A stretch of 64,000 nt of DNA from the NCBI RefSeq assembly GCF_009914755.1, contig NC_060926.1. The stretch is one strand, 5' to 3'. This document shows positions 30,617 through 61,846 of the stretch, piece by piece (the stretch's first letter is position 1; every line of letters starts with the position of its first letter). Below the pieces are notes generated by a model. It did not search any database and had not been told where the DNA came from. It was given only the letters and a program-made list of their open reading frames with translations. The position numbers were made by a program, and so were the translations under genes. Origin of the DNA: the human T2T-CHM13v2.0 reference genome, Homo sapiens.

Positions 30617-32703
30617 CACCATCACCATCATCATCATCCATCACCATCACTATCAACACCATCATCATTAACATCACCATCACTATCACCACCATTATCA
30701 CCATCACTGTCACCACCATCACCATCACCATCATCATCATACCACCACCATCATCACCATCCCTACCATCATCACTACAACCACCATCATCACCATCACC
30801 ATCACCATCATCATCACCAGCACCACCATCACCATCACCATCATTACTACAACCACCATCACTACAACCACCATCATCACCATCACCATCACTATTATCA
30901 TCATCACCAGCACCATCATCACTATTACCACCACCATCATCATCACCATCACTATCACCACCATCATCATCACCATCACTATCATCACCATCATCACCAT
31001 CACTATCACCACCATCATCACCATCACTATAACCACCATCATCACTATCACCATCATCACCATCACTATCACCACCATCATCACCATCACTATCACCATC
31101 ATCATCACCATCACTATCACCACCATCATCACCATCACTATCACCACCATCATCATCACCATCACTATCACCACCATCATCATCACCATCACCATCATCA
31201 TCATACCACCACCATCATCACCATCCCTACCATCATCACTACAACCACCATCATCACCATCACCATCATCATCACCAGCACCATCATCATCACCATCACC
31301 ACCATCACCATCATCACCATCACCATCATCACTACAACCACCATCATCCCCATCACCATCACTATCATCATCATCACCAGCACCATCATCACTATTACCA
31401 CCATCATCATCACCATCACTATCACCACCATCATCACCATCACTATCGCCACCATCATCACTATCACCATCATCACCATCACTATCACCACCATCATCAC
31501 CAGCACCATCATCAGTATTACCACCATCATCATCACCATCACTATCACCACCATCATCATCACCATCACTATCATCACTATCATCACCATCACTATCACC
31601 ACCATCATCACCATCACTATAACCACCATCATCACTATCACCATCATCACCATCACTATCACCACCATCATCACCATCACTATCACCACCATCATCATCA
31701 CCATCACTATCACCACCATCATCACCATCACTATCACCATCATCATCACCATCACTATCACCACCATCATCACCATCACCATTATCATCATACCACCACC
31801 ATCATCACCATCCCTACCATCATCACTACAACCACCATCATCACCATCACCATCATCATCACCAGCACCATCATCATCACCATCACCACCATCACCATCA
31901 TCACCATCACCATCATCACTACAACCACCATCATCCCCATCACCATCACTATCATCATCATCACCAGCACCATCATCACTATTACCACCATCATCATCAC
32001 CATCACTATCACCACCATCATCACCATCACTATCACCACCATCATCACTATCACCATCATCACCATCACTATCACCACCATCATCACCAGCACCATCATC
32101 ATCATCACCATCACTATCACCACCATCATCATCACCATCACTATCACCACCATCATCATCACCATCACTATCACCACCATCATCACTATCACCATCATCA
32201 CCCTTACTATCACCACCATCATCATCACCATCATTGTCACCACTATCATCATCACCATCACTATCACCACCATCATCACCATCACTATCACCACCATCAT
32301 CACTATCACCACCATCATCATCACCATCACTATCACCACCATCATCATCACCATCACTATCACCACCATCGTCACCATCATCACTATCACCACCATCATC
32401 ACCATCACCACCATCATCACCATCATCATTACTATCACCATCATCACTATCACCACCATCATCACCATCACCATCACTATCATCATCATCACCAGCACCA
32501 TCATCATCACCATCACCATCATCACTATTGCCACCATCATCATCACCATCACTATCACCACCATCACCATCACTATCACCACCATTATCACCATCACTAT
32601 TACCACCATCATCATCACTATCACCATCATCACCATCACTATCACCACCATCATCACCATCATCACCACCACCATCATCATCATCATCAACATCATCACT
32701 ATC
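30617..32703. repeat. 2.09-kb compound trinucleotide array (CAT/CAC/TAT, rare CAG/CAA) with higher-order units
   Basis: Directly visible. The marker ccctacc recurs at 30761, 31225 and 31812. Confidence 0.98.
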
Positions 32704-32704
32704 T

Positions 32705-32845
32705 TAAGTAAGTGCTTTGCCTACATTTACTGATTTAATTCTCATAACAACTCCATGTTGTAGGGGCTGTTGTTATCCCAGTTTTACAAGTGAGGAAGTG
32801 GGGCCTCACAAGATTATGTTTTGTGCCCAGGGTAACAGTGACAAG
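32705..32845 (-). mobile_element. MIR (antisense) abutting the array
   Basis: aagtgcttt...tttaattctcataacaac...ttatcccagttttacaagtgaggaagtggggc matches the MIR core in reverse. Confidence 0.75.
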
Positions 32846-33394
32846 AAGCTAAATCTGAGCAGTGTCCTTTGGTTGGTTTTGTTTCATTGTTGACTAAAGT
32901 CCAAGACCATATCTGTTCCTGCTATTCATAAATTTCTTCTTTTAGTCAGCATTTTACCCTTACTTTACACTATCTTTTGGATTCCTGGTTCTGTCATCCC
33001 AAGTGTATCTGCCTCCTAGCTTCATGCTGTCTGTTATATTGTGAGAAAAATATGTATCTTCACCTAGTCATACACAAGGTCAGAGGCCATGTGGCAATTC
33101 CCTACAGATTGTGCTCACTGAAGCCCTGATGGTGCATATCTCCTGAAGCTCCCTGAGCCTGTAGTCTTGTAACCCACTCAGAGAAGCCTAGAGAGTGGTC
33201 AGGCATGATTTGTATTTGAACATATTTGTATTTGGTTCCTGGGAAACATGTTTCCTCTTCGCTTTCAGGTCTCCATTCCAGAATCCTTTCCAAGATGGAC
33301 AGCACCCTCCAAATTTATAGTTGCTGAAATCAGTCCTCTGGGCAGGGCCAGATGCAAGGAACAAATAGAAAGCAGGGTCTGCAGAACACACATC

Positions 33395-33680
33395 CCAGAG
33401 GCGATAATGACCAGTTAATCCCCGCAGATAGTTAGATCTAGGAGACTGTCCCTGGGCTTCAGGGCTCCCTGCTTCTGACTCCAGCAGTGCAAATGAAAGC
33501 CTCTATGTTCCCACTAAACCATAGGTGACTGAGCAGCCATGGTGTTGCCTGCGTTTCTATAAAGGAGGAGCGCAGGACAGCAATCTCATCAGAGCGGAGG
33601 CTGGGGCTGGCCTCGAATTTAGGTTGTATGTTTATTTGGGGCGATGTGCAAGCAGGGGGTGCCCTGATAGAGATTACAGG
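33395..33680. promoter_or_regulatory. Candidate intronic enhancer or weak promoter
   Basis: Non-repetitive stretch with 7 CpGs in about 250 bp, TATAAA at 33558-33563 and GATA motifs. Confidence 0.3.
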
Positions 33681-34384
33681 GGCTAAATCCCCCACATAAA
33701 ACCATTTTGTGCCACTGCTCCTGGGCCAAGTGACCAGAAAGGCTGGACTGATTTCTCCCCTCTCTCCTTTCCTGGTTCTGTTCTCTGACCCTGGGTGATT
33801 AATGTAACCTAGCTGTGTTCAATTACCCACCCTTTTCACGATGCTGGGATGTCTGCCACCTATCCCTAGTGCCCTTCTTGGCTTCCTGTGAGTCGTGACT
33901 GTGGGAGCCTTGCGACTTTTGGAGGAGAGCAGGAGGCCCTGGGTCTGCCATCAGCATGGGCTCCCTAATCACACCATTGTCACCGGAGCCTGCCCAAGCT
34001 GCTGGGAAGTAGCAAAATAAGCATGCAGGGAACATTCTTCCACCCCAATATGTTCCCCTCATGAAATCATCAAGCAAACCCTGAATGCCTTCTCTTGGTG
34101 TGGTCAGGCAGAAGGGTTGTCTCTCTCATACTAGAGCAGTCAGTGGCCATTGGCTGACTGATCCTAACGGCAGATCTAGAAAGATTTGGAGAAGGCTGTC
34201 TTGGTTCTCTTAGAACAGCATGTGGCCCTAGCAGTCCTCCTGTTCTTGGACAGTGGTGCCCCCTCATGCCATGAAAACTGATGGGGCAGGCAGGGGAGCT
34301 CCAGCCAGAAACGGGAAGTGTCTCAAACCTTAGTGAAGTGATCTTGAATCGCTGATTTACAGGGCTGATTTTGACACATTATTC

Positions 34385-35400
<1,016 letters not shown>

Positions 35401-35674
35401 TAATAATTATCTGCTTTCTAGTCCTTCCTTTTAGCCACTGGAGAAAATAGTAACCACTTTCTGTGTTAAACAAACAAAAAGAAGAAAAACAGCAAAACTG
35501 AAACAAACTAACAAATCCCCTCAATATTTGATTTCCAATTTGTGAACCACTCCAATACAGATAATTCTGAGAAGCATGTAACAACCAGTAAGAAAACCTA
35601 GTATGTTTGCTTTAAAGTCATAGACTAGTTTTCAATGGATAGTCAACTAGCATTGGAAATAAAAGAGTAAGATC

Positions 35675-36150
35675 AATGTTGTAGGTTCATTTGGTCTATA
35701 GTATAGTTTACCTGTGATGTTTCTTTGTTGATTTTCTGTCTAAATAATCTGTCCAATGCTGAGAAAGGGGTTCTCAACTATGATTGTACTGGGGCCTATA
35801 GTTGGATTTTTTTCCTTTAGCTCTAATAATATTTGCTTTATATATCTGAGTTCTTCAGGGTTGGGTGAATACATATTTACAATTGTCATAGCCTTTTGCT
35901 GACTTGATCCTTTTTATCATTATGTAATGAACTTTTTTGTCGCTTTAAACATTTTTTGTTTTAAAGTCTATGCTGTGTGATGCAAGCAATAGCTACTCCT
36001 GCTCACTTTTGGTTTCCATTTCTGTGGAATATCTTTTTTCATCCCTTCACTTTCAGTCTATGTGTCTTTATAGGTGAAGTGAGTTTTTGAAGGCAGCATA
36101 TACTTGGGTCTTGCTTTTAAAATTCTTTAAGCAAGTCTGTATATTTCAGT
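35675..36150 (-). mobile_element. L1M ORF2-start (endonuclease) fragment
   Basis: Homologous to 19200-19630 (ttgttgattttctgtcta...ctaataatatttgcttta...cagtctatgtgt). Confidence 0.8.
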
Positions 36151-36246
36151 GCTTCAGTTGAGGAAGCTAAAAATGGGAGAGTTCAGTAACCTGCACAAAG
36201 TTAAACTGGTAAGTAATTGGTGAAGTCAAAATCTAGAATCAAGGCG

Positions 36247-41033
<4,787 letters not shown>

Positions 41034-41351
41034 ATTTTTATTGTTTTAATCTGTCTCTTCCACCAGATTCTAGGCTTTCTGAGGTCAGTTTAATGCCTGG
41101 CACATAGAAAATGCTCAAAAATTGGTAAACTAACAAATTTGTGTTTGTTTTTTCCCCATCCAAAAGTAATTGCAAGGATTAATGTTCTTAAGGTATAATC
41201 ACGTGAAGGCACTTCTATGTTAAAAAAAAAAAAAAAAAAAAAAAGGCTGTGGGTGGGGGCAAGGAGGAGCCAGGGAGGAAAATTAGTCTCCTGTCAGAAT
41301 TTGTGAAGTCAGTGCTAGGAGGTGAAAACATCACCTCTTAGATGCTAGCAG

Positions 41352-41899
41352 TATACTAGCAATCTATTGCTATACAACAAATTACTCCAGCACTTCGTTT
41401 ATTATCTCTAATTGTTTCTATTGGCGGGGAATTTAGACAGGGCACATCTTGTCTCTGCACATGATGTCTAGGGCCTCAGCTTAAAAGATTAGAACAGGGC
41501 TGGAATCATCAGAAGGCTTGTTCACTCACATGTCTGGCAGTTGATGTTGGCTGTTGGCTGGAGGCCTTGCTGGGGCTGTCAGCCAGAACAGCCCACACAC
41601 AGCCTCTCCACGTGACTTGAGCTTCCTTACAGTATGGTGGCAGGGCTCCAAGGGCAAATGTCTTGAGAGAGAGAGAGAGGGCGAAGCTGGAGCCTTTTAC
41701 ATAACCTGGCTGCAGAAATCACACAGCATTACTTGGCCACATTCTTTTGGTTAAGGTGGTTAAAAAGGTCCATCCAAGTTCAAAAGAGGAAACACAGACT
41801 CCACGGCTCAGTGAAGAAGTATCAACATCACATTGTAAGGAGAGCATGTGGATGGGATCTAGACTACTGTGGCCATCTTTGAAGAATGCAATCTGCCAC
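41352..41899 (-). mobile_element. MaLR solo LTR (MLT1F/G-like)
   Basis: The minus strand begins tgtggcagattgcattcttcaaagatggc; internal ggctggaatcatc...cactcacatgtctggc motifs. Confidence 0.75.
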
Positions 41900-42099
41900 A
41901 AGCAGTCATGGGGAAAAGGCCAAATTCCTCATAATAGAATGTGGGTGTGAATCTCTTATGTAAGACAAGAGATATGAATCAAGGCAGATGGATTTTGTGA
42001 AGGCAGTGAGTTTTTCCTTCACTTTCAGAGTGCAGGTAATTATAACTCTGTCAAGAATGCAAATAGAAAGAGGAAGGTTTAATATTTTGTGACAGAGAT

Positions 42100-43200
<1,101 letters not shown>

Positions 43201-43990
43201 TTCTCTGAAATAGGGCATGGGCTGCTCCTCTGGCCCAGAGCTGTAACCCTAGATTGTTGGGTCAGAGCCCCTCATCTGCCAGGCACTGCTGCCCAGACCT
43301 TAATACACACCCATCTGGCCTCCAGGAGAATAAGAAATCCTCTTCAGAAACTGCTTCTCCCTGCCGACACCCCTGGCTTTCTGGTGGCTTCAGAACTAAA
43401 GTTGGAGGATGTGACATTCTGTCTGAGGGTACCCCTTCCATTTCCGCTTCTTTTTCCTGAACACTCAGCATTGCTGAGAGCTATTTTGACAGCTCCTTCT
43501 ATTCTTAGCACCAAAGCACAAAGTCATATATGCAGATAAACCAAGGCTAGAAAAACTGCATGTTCATTTTCTAAATTCTTAGTGAGAAAAATCAAGAGCA
43601 ACTGTCGGGGTTGGGGGCGTAAGGGGCTGTGACCAAGTCGGACACTCCAGAGGGAGGTGGAAAGTGCCTGAGTGGAGATTCTGACACTATGCAGATGTGT
43701 CACCTCGGGCAAGTCCCTTCAGTTGCCGGGGGCTCAAACTCACCATCTGCAAAGTAAGGGGACGGGATGAGGGAATTCCTAAGCCCCTTTCTAGATCTTT
43801 CATTCTTCGTCACCAGATGCTACAATATACACAGTTGCCTCTGGGTTTTTTTCTGCCTCTCCTGCCTTCATTCATCAGTTTTTCAATCAACGAAAGGCTC
43901 TGCTTCATGCCCAGAGGGTACAGAGATAAATAGGGCACAATTCTTGCCCTTTAGGACCTCACTTTCCTTATAGACACATCACTTGATATA

Positions 43991-45083
<1,093 letters not shown>

Positions 45084-45990
45084 AATCCTGTAATTATGTC
45101 ATAATATGATGAACGTTTTGAGAAAAGTCTATTCTAAGTATAATGAGAACAAAGAAAAAAAAGATTGGTCCTGGCTATAGAGGTTAGAATATTTCACAAG
45201 AAGAAATTATGTTAGAGAATATTCTTGAACGATCAATTGGACTTTGCCAGACTGTGGTGGGCATAGGGGACCCAGAAGGAACATTCATTCTAGTTATGAG
45301 AAAGGGCCCAGAGACATGGCGAATCTGGGGGACAAATTCCACATTTTCCATATACTTGATCATTAAGCACATGACCAAGTGTGTCAGTGCATGAGGATGG
45401 ACAAGATAGATTGGAGCCTTCACTGTTTTTTTCTTCTCATTTACCAAAAATTTCATCATTTTAGAATTGTCCCAGTTTTCTAATTTTAAGTCAGGGCTTC
45501 TTTGTCATGCTTAAAGTCTTACCCTCTGTGCCCTCTGCTCTGTGTTCTATATGGTAGCCTGAAATTTGGCCCTGTTATATATATTTATTTATGCCAGACT
45601 CCTGAAGGTGTTCAAGCATACCATTTATCAAATATTTCCATGTAATGTGGCAGCTAATAACAGCTTCGTTTTACAGAGGGAAGAGCTGAAGCAAACACTG
45701 ATTTGTAGATTGCTTGGTAACAGGAAAGAGACCTGATGTATGCCCTCTGTCTTTCCTTCACAAAAATTTTGTAGCTTTCTTTGTTTCTTCAAGCCTTCTA
45801 CCTGTAGTTATACTTTAAGGGAGATAATTATAAGCAATTTTGATTGACCTGAGTCGATCACACTAGGACTGTCATAAGGGTTAGATTTTGAGTTGACTGT
45901 GGCTTTAAGGAAGAATTAAATATTGTAACACCATTTAAAGTTATAGAAGAAAGCATAAGTTACCACTCAGAATATAGGTTGGTAAGACTA

Positions 45991-50216
<4,226 letters not shown>

Positions 50217-50345
50217 TGGGCTCCCATCTCCTTAACAAATTAAAATGAAGGCGGAGAGAGTAGAACCAGTGAGCCTTTGTGGAGGCTCTATATAAAGATG
50301 AGACTTGGGCATTTATCACCTTTGTTTTCTGTCTCTTCCCATCAG

Positions 50346-50487
50346 GAGAAGTTGCCCCAGTGCAAGGCACTGCATTCGACCTGAGAAAGCCAGTGGAGCT
50401 TGGAAAACACCTGCAGGACTTCCATCTCAATGGTTTTGACCACAATTTCTGTCTGAAGGGATCTAAAGAAAAGCATTTTTGTGCAAG
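50346..50487 (+). CDS. GALM: GALM coding exon 5, 142 nt, (G)EVAPVQGTAFDLRKP...NGFDHNFCL...FCA(R)
   Basis: Acceptor tttgttttctgtctcttcccatcag and donor AAG|gtcagg. It contains the GFDHNF motif (Asp243). Phases 1/2 fit the neighbouring exons. Confidence 0.97.
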
Positions 50488-51055
50488 GTCAGGTACTTTT
50501 CACTTCCTGAGTCTGTAAGGAAGAAATGACACCAAGTCCTATTTTCCTTTGGAGCTTTTCCTCTGGCCATATCAATAGCATTTACTATGCTACAAGTGAC
50601 CCAATACCACATCCCATATTTTCTCAAAGCTCCCATGGCACAGGTGAGCTCTGTAGAATTTATCCCAGTCCCCCACCTGCCATTACCCCTATTCCCCCTG
50701 CTCGGCACCCGCTCTCTCCCTCTCTGCCTGTTCTTTAAGGCCCATTTTCTGTTAGAAGCCTTAACTCTTCCTAGTGAAGTCACCTCGGCTGTCACTGAAC
50801 TTCCAGAGCCTTTGTGCTTTCTCGATCTGTGACTTATGCCTGCCTACTCCATGGCCAGTTGGAGGCTAGGCATCTCCTGCAGCACTCACCGCCTCCAGCC
50901 TTGACCGATAGACACTTGTGTGCACGCTCTCGCCTTCTCACCAAATCCCAGTTCCTCATGCCATTTCATCTTTGTGAAGCCCTACCTCTACCCCAACACC
51001 TAATATCATCCTTGGCACTAGCAAATAATGAATAAATGTTTGCAGAATTAACAGT

Positions 51056-54026
<2,971 letters not shown>

Positions 54027-54267
54027 TTACACCAGATTATAGATCAACACACTGCTTCCCTTCATCAGGAAAGCCTTCCTTTAACAAAGTGTGCTTTTTT
54101 CACTCTGATTAAAGTTCTTTATCTCACTGTGAACCAATCATAAACAGTTCCCGCACTGGCAGCCATCCACAGAGCACTGGTCTAGAAGCCCGTCCAGAAG
54201 CACACCCAAATGGTTAATGTTGCAGCCTGCGGTGTCAAGCATCACCTGTGTTGTTTCCCCTTCACAG

Positions 54268-54345
54268 CCCCGCTTCCCTCCTGTGCTGCTGAGGCCTGGT
54301 GAGGAGTATGACCACACCACCTGGTTCAAGTTTTCTGTGGCTTAA
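54268..54345 (+). CDS. GALM: GALM terminal coding exon 7, PRFPPVLLRPGEEYDHTTWFKFSVA*
   Basis: Acceptor ttgtttccccttcacag, then 25 codons and TAA at 54343-54345. This gives 342 aa in total with the known numbering; the LRPGEEY C-terminal motif is present. Confidence 0.97.
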   Translation, partial: PRFPPVLLRPGEEYDHTTWFKFSVA

Positions 54346-54879
54346 GGAAGTGTGAAGATATGATCCAGTCCAGGGCTAGGCTCAGCCACCTGTCTCCTGT
54401 CCAGAAAAAAGGTGAAGATTAAGAAGCTTTCAGAATGATTCTATGGATTAAAATCATACAAATGGTGGCTGTTCTGAGAATCAGTCTGGGTATTGATTTC
54501 CTTTTCCAGTGACTGGCTCCAGGCCATGTCTAATGACCAGCTCGATTCCCTGTGCAGTTCAGAGGGCAAGTGAACCCAACCAACAATGTCGTCATCTAAG
54601 CCCTAACCCTAGCCAGGGACTCCCATGCTGCTGTTGGCTCCATCTCTCCACACTGCCTCTTTCTTTTCAACTTTTTGCCCTTCCTTTCTTTAAAGCTATT
54701 CTCACATTGCTTTTATTTCCTCCTCCTTCACCTCCAACCACTGTCAGCAGCACTCTGGAGTTTTCAAATGTCACATTAGCCTCACCCTGCATGCTAGGAG
54801 ATGGACCTGTCTCTATACAGCAGTAGATGATTGATAAGTGAGGAAACTGAGGCTTACAGAGGTTGAAGACCAACAAGCT

Positions 54880-54889
54880 AATAAATAAA
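54880..54889 (+). terminator. Proximal overlapping AATAAA signals just upstream of the 3' UTR Alu
   Basis: aataaataaa at 54880-54889; there is also ATTAAA at 54447-54452. Confidence 0.4.
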
Positions 54890-54896
54890 AAGTTGA

Positions 54897-55259
<363 letters not shown>

Positions 55260-55522
55260 TTAACTGAGAAAGCACAGCCCGGCCAACGCTTGGGAAGAAA
55301 GACAGGCAAGCACTGGAAACAGGAGCTATTAGGGTGAGGAGAGAGCCTTGCCTTTCACAGCACAGTGAGGATGACATTGCACCAGGGACAGAGATTGTAT
55401 GTGACAAGGCTGGGGCTCCTTCTTTCCTAGACAATCAAAGTATCAGTGATGGGTTTTGGTTGGTGATTTTGAAAAAAAAAAAAAAAAAGTATGTTATACT
55501 AGTGTATGCTGTACTGAATTGA

Positions 55523-55528
55523 AATAAA
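55523..55528 (+). terminator. Main candidate polyadenylation signal AATAAA
   Basis: Canonical hexamer with an upstream TGTA (CFIm-type UGUA) motif and a downstream U/GU-rich element. Confidence 0.7.
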
Positions 55529-56142
55529 ACCAAAATCTGCATCTTCAGAAGACTTGTTCCTTTACTCAGCTTGAAATCTCTCAGGCGTGGACCTTTGGGA
55601 AATGGACCAAGAATATGGGTGTGTTCTGGATTCTACTTTGCCCTCCAGTGGGAGCCCTGGCATTTTCCTACCTAACAGTTAGGAAAGCTATCTCAGTGGA
55701 AGTAGCTTTCCACACCTCCTCTTTCTTTGTAACCGATAATAAACCAAAGATCTTGTTTATTTTTTAATTCACTTCAGCATGGATTTTTCTGAGCACCTGC
55801 TCTGTACACAGCCCTCTGCTGGGTCTGTGAAGGGATTCAGGTCAGGTGTGATGCTGCCCACAGCAGCCAGTCAGGTGAGGTACATGCTCAGTTGTCTTCT
55901 CACTGGTGAGGTTAACTTTGGTGACTTGAGCAAGATGCTGCCTGCAGATCTCTCCACTCTTATTAAAGTTACCAATATATACATTAGCCAAGAGGCCTCA
56001 GAGGTGAACTATTAAGCTGACTGCAACCTAGCTACCAATTTGATTATTAAATTGTTCGACGCAGGGTTCTCATACTCTAGGTGCCAGCAATCATTTAGGA
56101 AATCCCAGAGAAGAAGAGAATGAACATTTTCTTATTCACAAG

Positions 56143-56980
<838 letters not shown>

Positions 56981-57288
56981 AGAAATGTAACAACTACAAA
57001 CTAGTTCTTAATGTAATGGCCTCTAGGTTTGAGAATGCCAAATTAATTAATTAATTAGCCAAATACTTTGTTTTCTTCTGTCCAAAAAGATTATTGTTTT
57101 TATAAGAAGCCAAGTCTACAGTAGTCCAAGTAAGGATATTCATTGCCTGTAGGGCAGCTGAAATAAGTTACTGGCCTTTAAATTAATGGTGTTTATAAAA
57201 GCAAGTAAAAAAGGCGGCCAGGCGCTGTGGCTCACATCTGTAATCCCAGCACTTTGGGAGGCCAAGGTGGGTGGATTGCCTGAGGTCA

Positions 57289-57693
<405 letters not shown>

Positions 57694-58619
57694 TCAGCAT
57701 AATTGGGTGATTTTATGATAAAATCGCTGAAGGCCCCAGCAAGAAGTAAAATTTTAGAAGGTGCTGGACGCGGTGGCTCACGCCTGTAATCCCAGCAGTT
57801 TGGGAGGCCAAGGCGGGTGGATCACTAGGTCAGGAGTTCAAGACCAGCCTGGCCAAGATGGTGAAATCCCGTCTCTACTAAAAACACAAAAATTAGCCAG
57901 GCATGGTGGCAGGTGCCTGTAATCCCAGCTACTCAGGAGGCTGAGGCAGATAACTGCTTGAACCTGCGAAGCGGAGGTTGCAGTGAGCCTAGATTGCGCC
58001 ACTGCACTCCAGCCTGGGTTACAGAGCAAGACTGTCTCAAAAATAAAAAATTGTACAAGGTGAGATGTCATATTAAAATAATTACACAAACACTGCTGTG
58101 AAGACTAAGATGTCATGCTGTGGAGGTGGAACTGGAGAGTTTACGAAAAGTAGAACATGGAAAAAAATGCGGGACTACCAGCACAGGGCAGGAAGGAAGC
58201 CCAGCATGTGTCCTGGTCCCCGGCCAGTTCCCATTTTCACTCTTAACCATTTTAAGCAATTGGATCACCAGTTTTCAAGAGGCTGTTTGGACAGGAGTGC
58301 AATCCTTTCCCAATCAAGGCATTTCCTGCTTAACTCAGTTACGCAGATCATCATTAAAGTCTCGTGCTTTGGGCAGCACTTCCAGCTACAGTCAGGCAAG
58401 GACGTCAGCAAATCCTCTCCTTATTATAGTTCGAGCAATTAAAATGCTGAAAAAATTGGACGAAACATTTTTTTTGTTGTTTATAGAGATGGGGGGTCTT
58501 ACTATGTTGCCCAGGTTGGTCTTGAATTCCTGCCCTCAAGCAATCCCCCCTCCAGCCTCAGCCTCCTAAGTACCTGCAACTATAAGCACGCACCACTACT
58601 CCCAGCTCAAAACAATTTT

Positions 58620-61345
<2,726 letters not shown>

Positions 61346-61830
61346 TAGGCCAGACATGGTGGCTCATGCCTATAATCCCACCACTTTGGGAGGTCGAGGC
61401 GGGTGGATCACCTGAGCTCAGGGGTTTGAAACCAGCCTGGCCAACGTGGTGAAACCCCATCTCTACTAAAAATACAAAATTAGCCGGGCGTGGTGGCTCA
61501 CACCTGTAATCCCAGCACTTTGGGAGGCTGAGGTGGGTGGATCACCTGAGGTCGGGAATTTGAGACCAGCCTGATCAACATGGAGAAACCCCGTCTCTAC
61601 TAAAAATACAAAATTAGCCAGGGGTGGTGACACATGCCTATAATCCTAACTACTCAAGAGGCTGAGGCAGGAAAATAGCTTGAACCCGGGAGGTGGAAGT
61701 TGCGGTGAGCGAAATCGCGCCACTGCACTCCAGGCTGAGCAACAAGAGCAAAACTCTGTCTCAAAAAAAAAAAAAAAAAATTCTGAATAGAATGTTAACT
61801 TTTTTTTAAAGATGATTATTTCTTTGAGCA

Positions 61831-61846
61831 CAGCGACCTCTACTGG
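61831..61846 (-). promoter_or_regulatory. Candidate CTCF site
   Basis: Minus strand CCAGTAGAGGTCGCTG has one mismatch to CCASYAGRKGGCRSYR. Confidence 0.4.

Noticed and set aside
30617-32703. CRISPR-like or telomeric array
   Set aside because: There is no repeat-spacer alternation and no TTAGGG, and the context is a eukaryotic intron.
30580-32707. Extensin/mucin-like Ser-Pro ORFs and Met/Val-rich ORFs as real genes
   Set aside because: These are trivially stop-free frames of a trinucleotide array with no splice or promoter support. They are kept only as a speculative finding.
35675-36150. Segmental duplication of 19200-19630
   Set aside because: The similarity is confined to L1 sequence and visibly diverged, so independent L1M copies are the simpler explanation.
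41223-41244. Orphan poly(A) as a processed pseudogene tail
   Set aside because: There is no upstream ORF or recognisable mRNA and no clear TSD.
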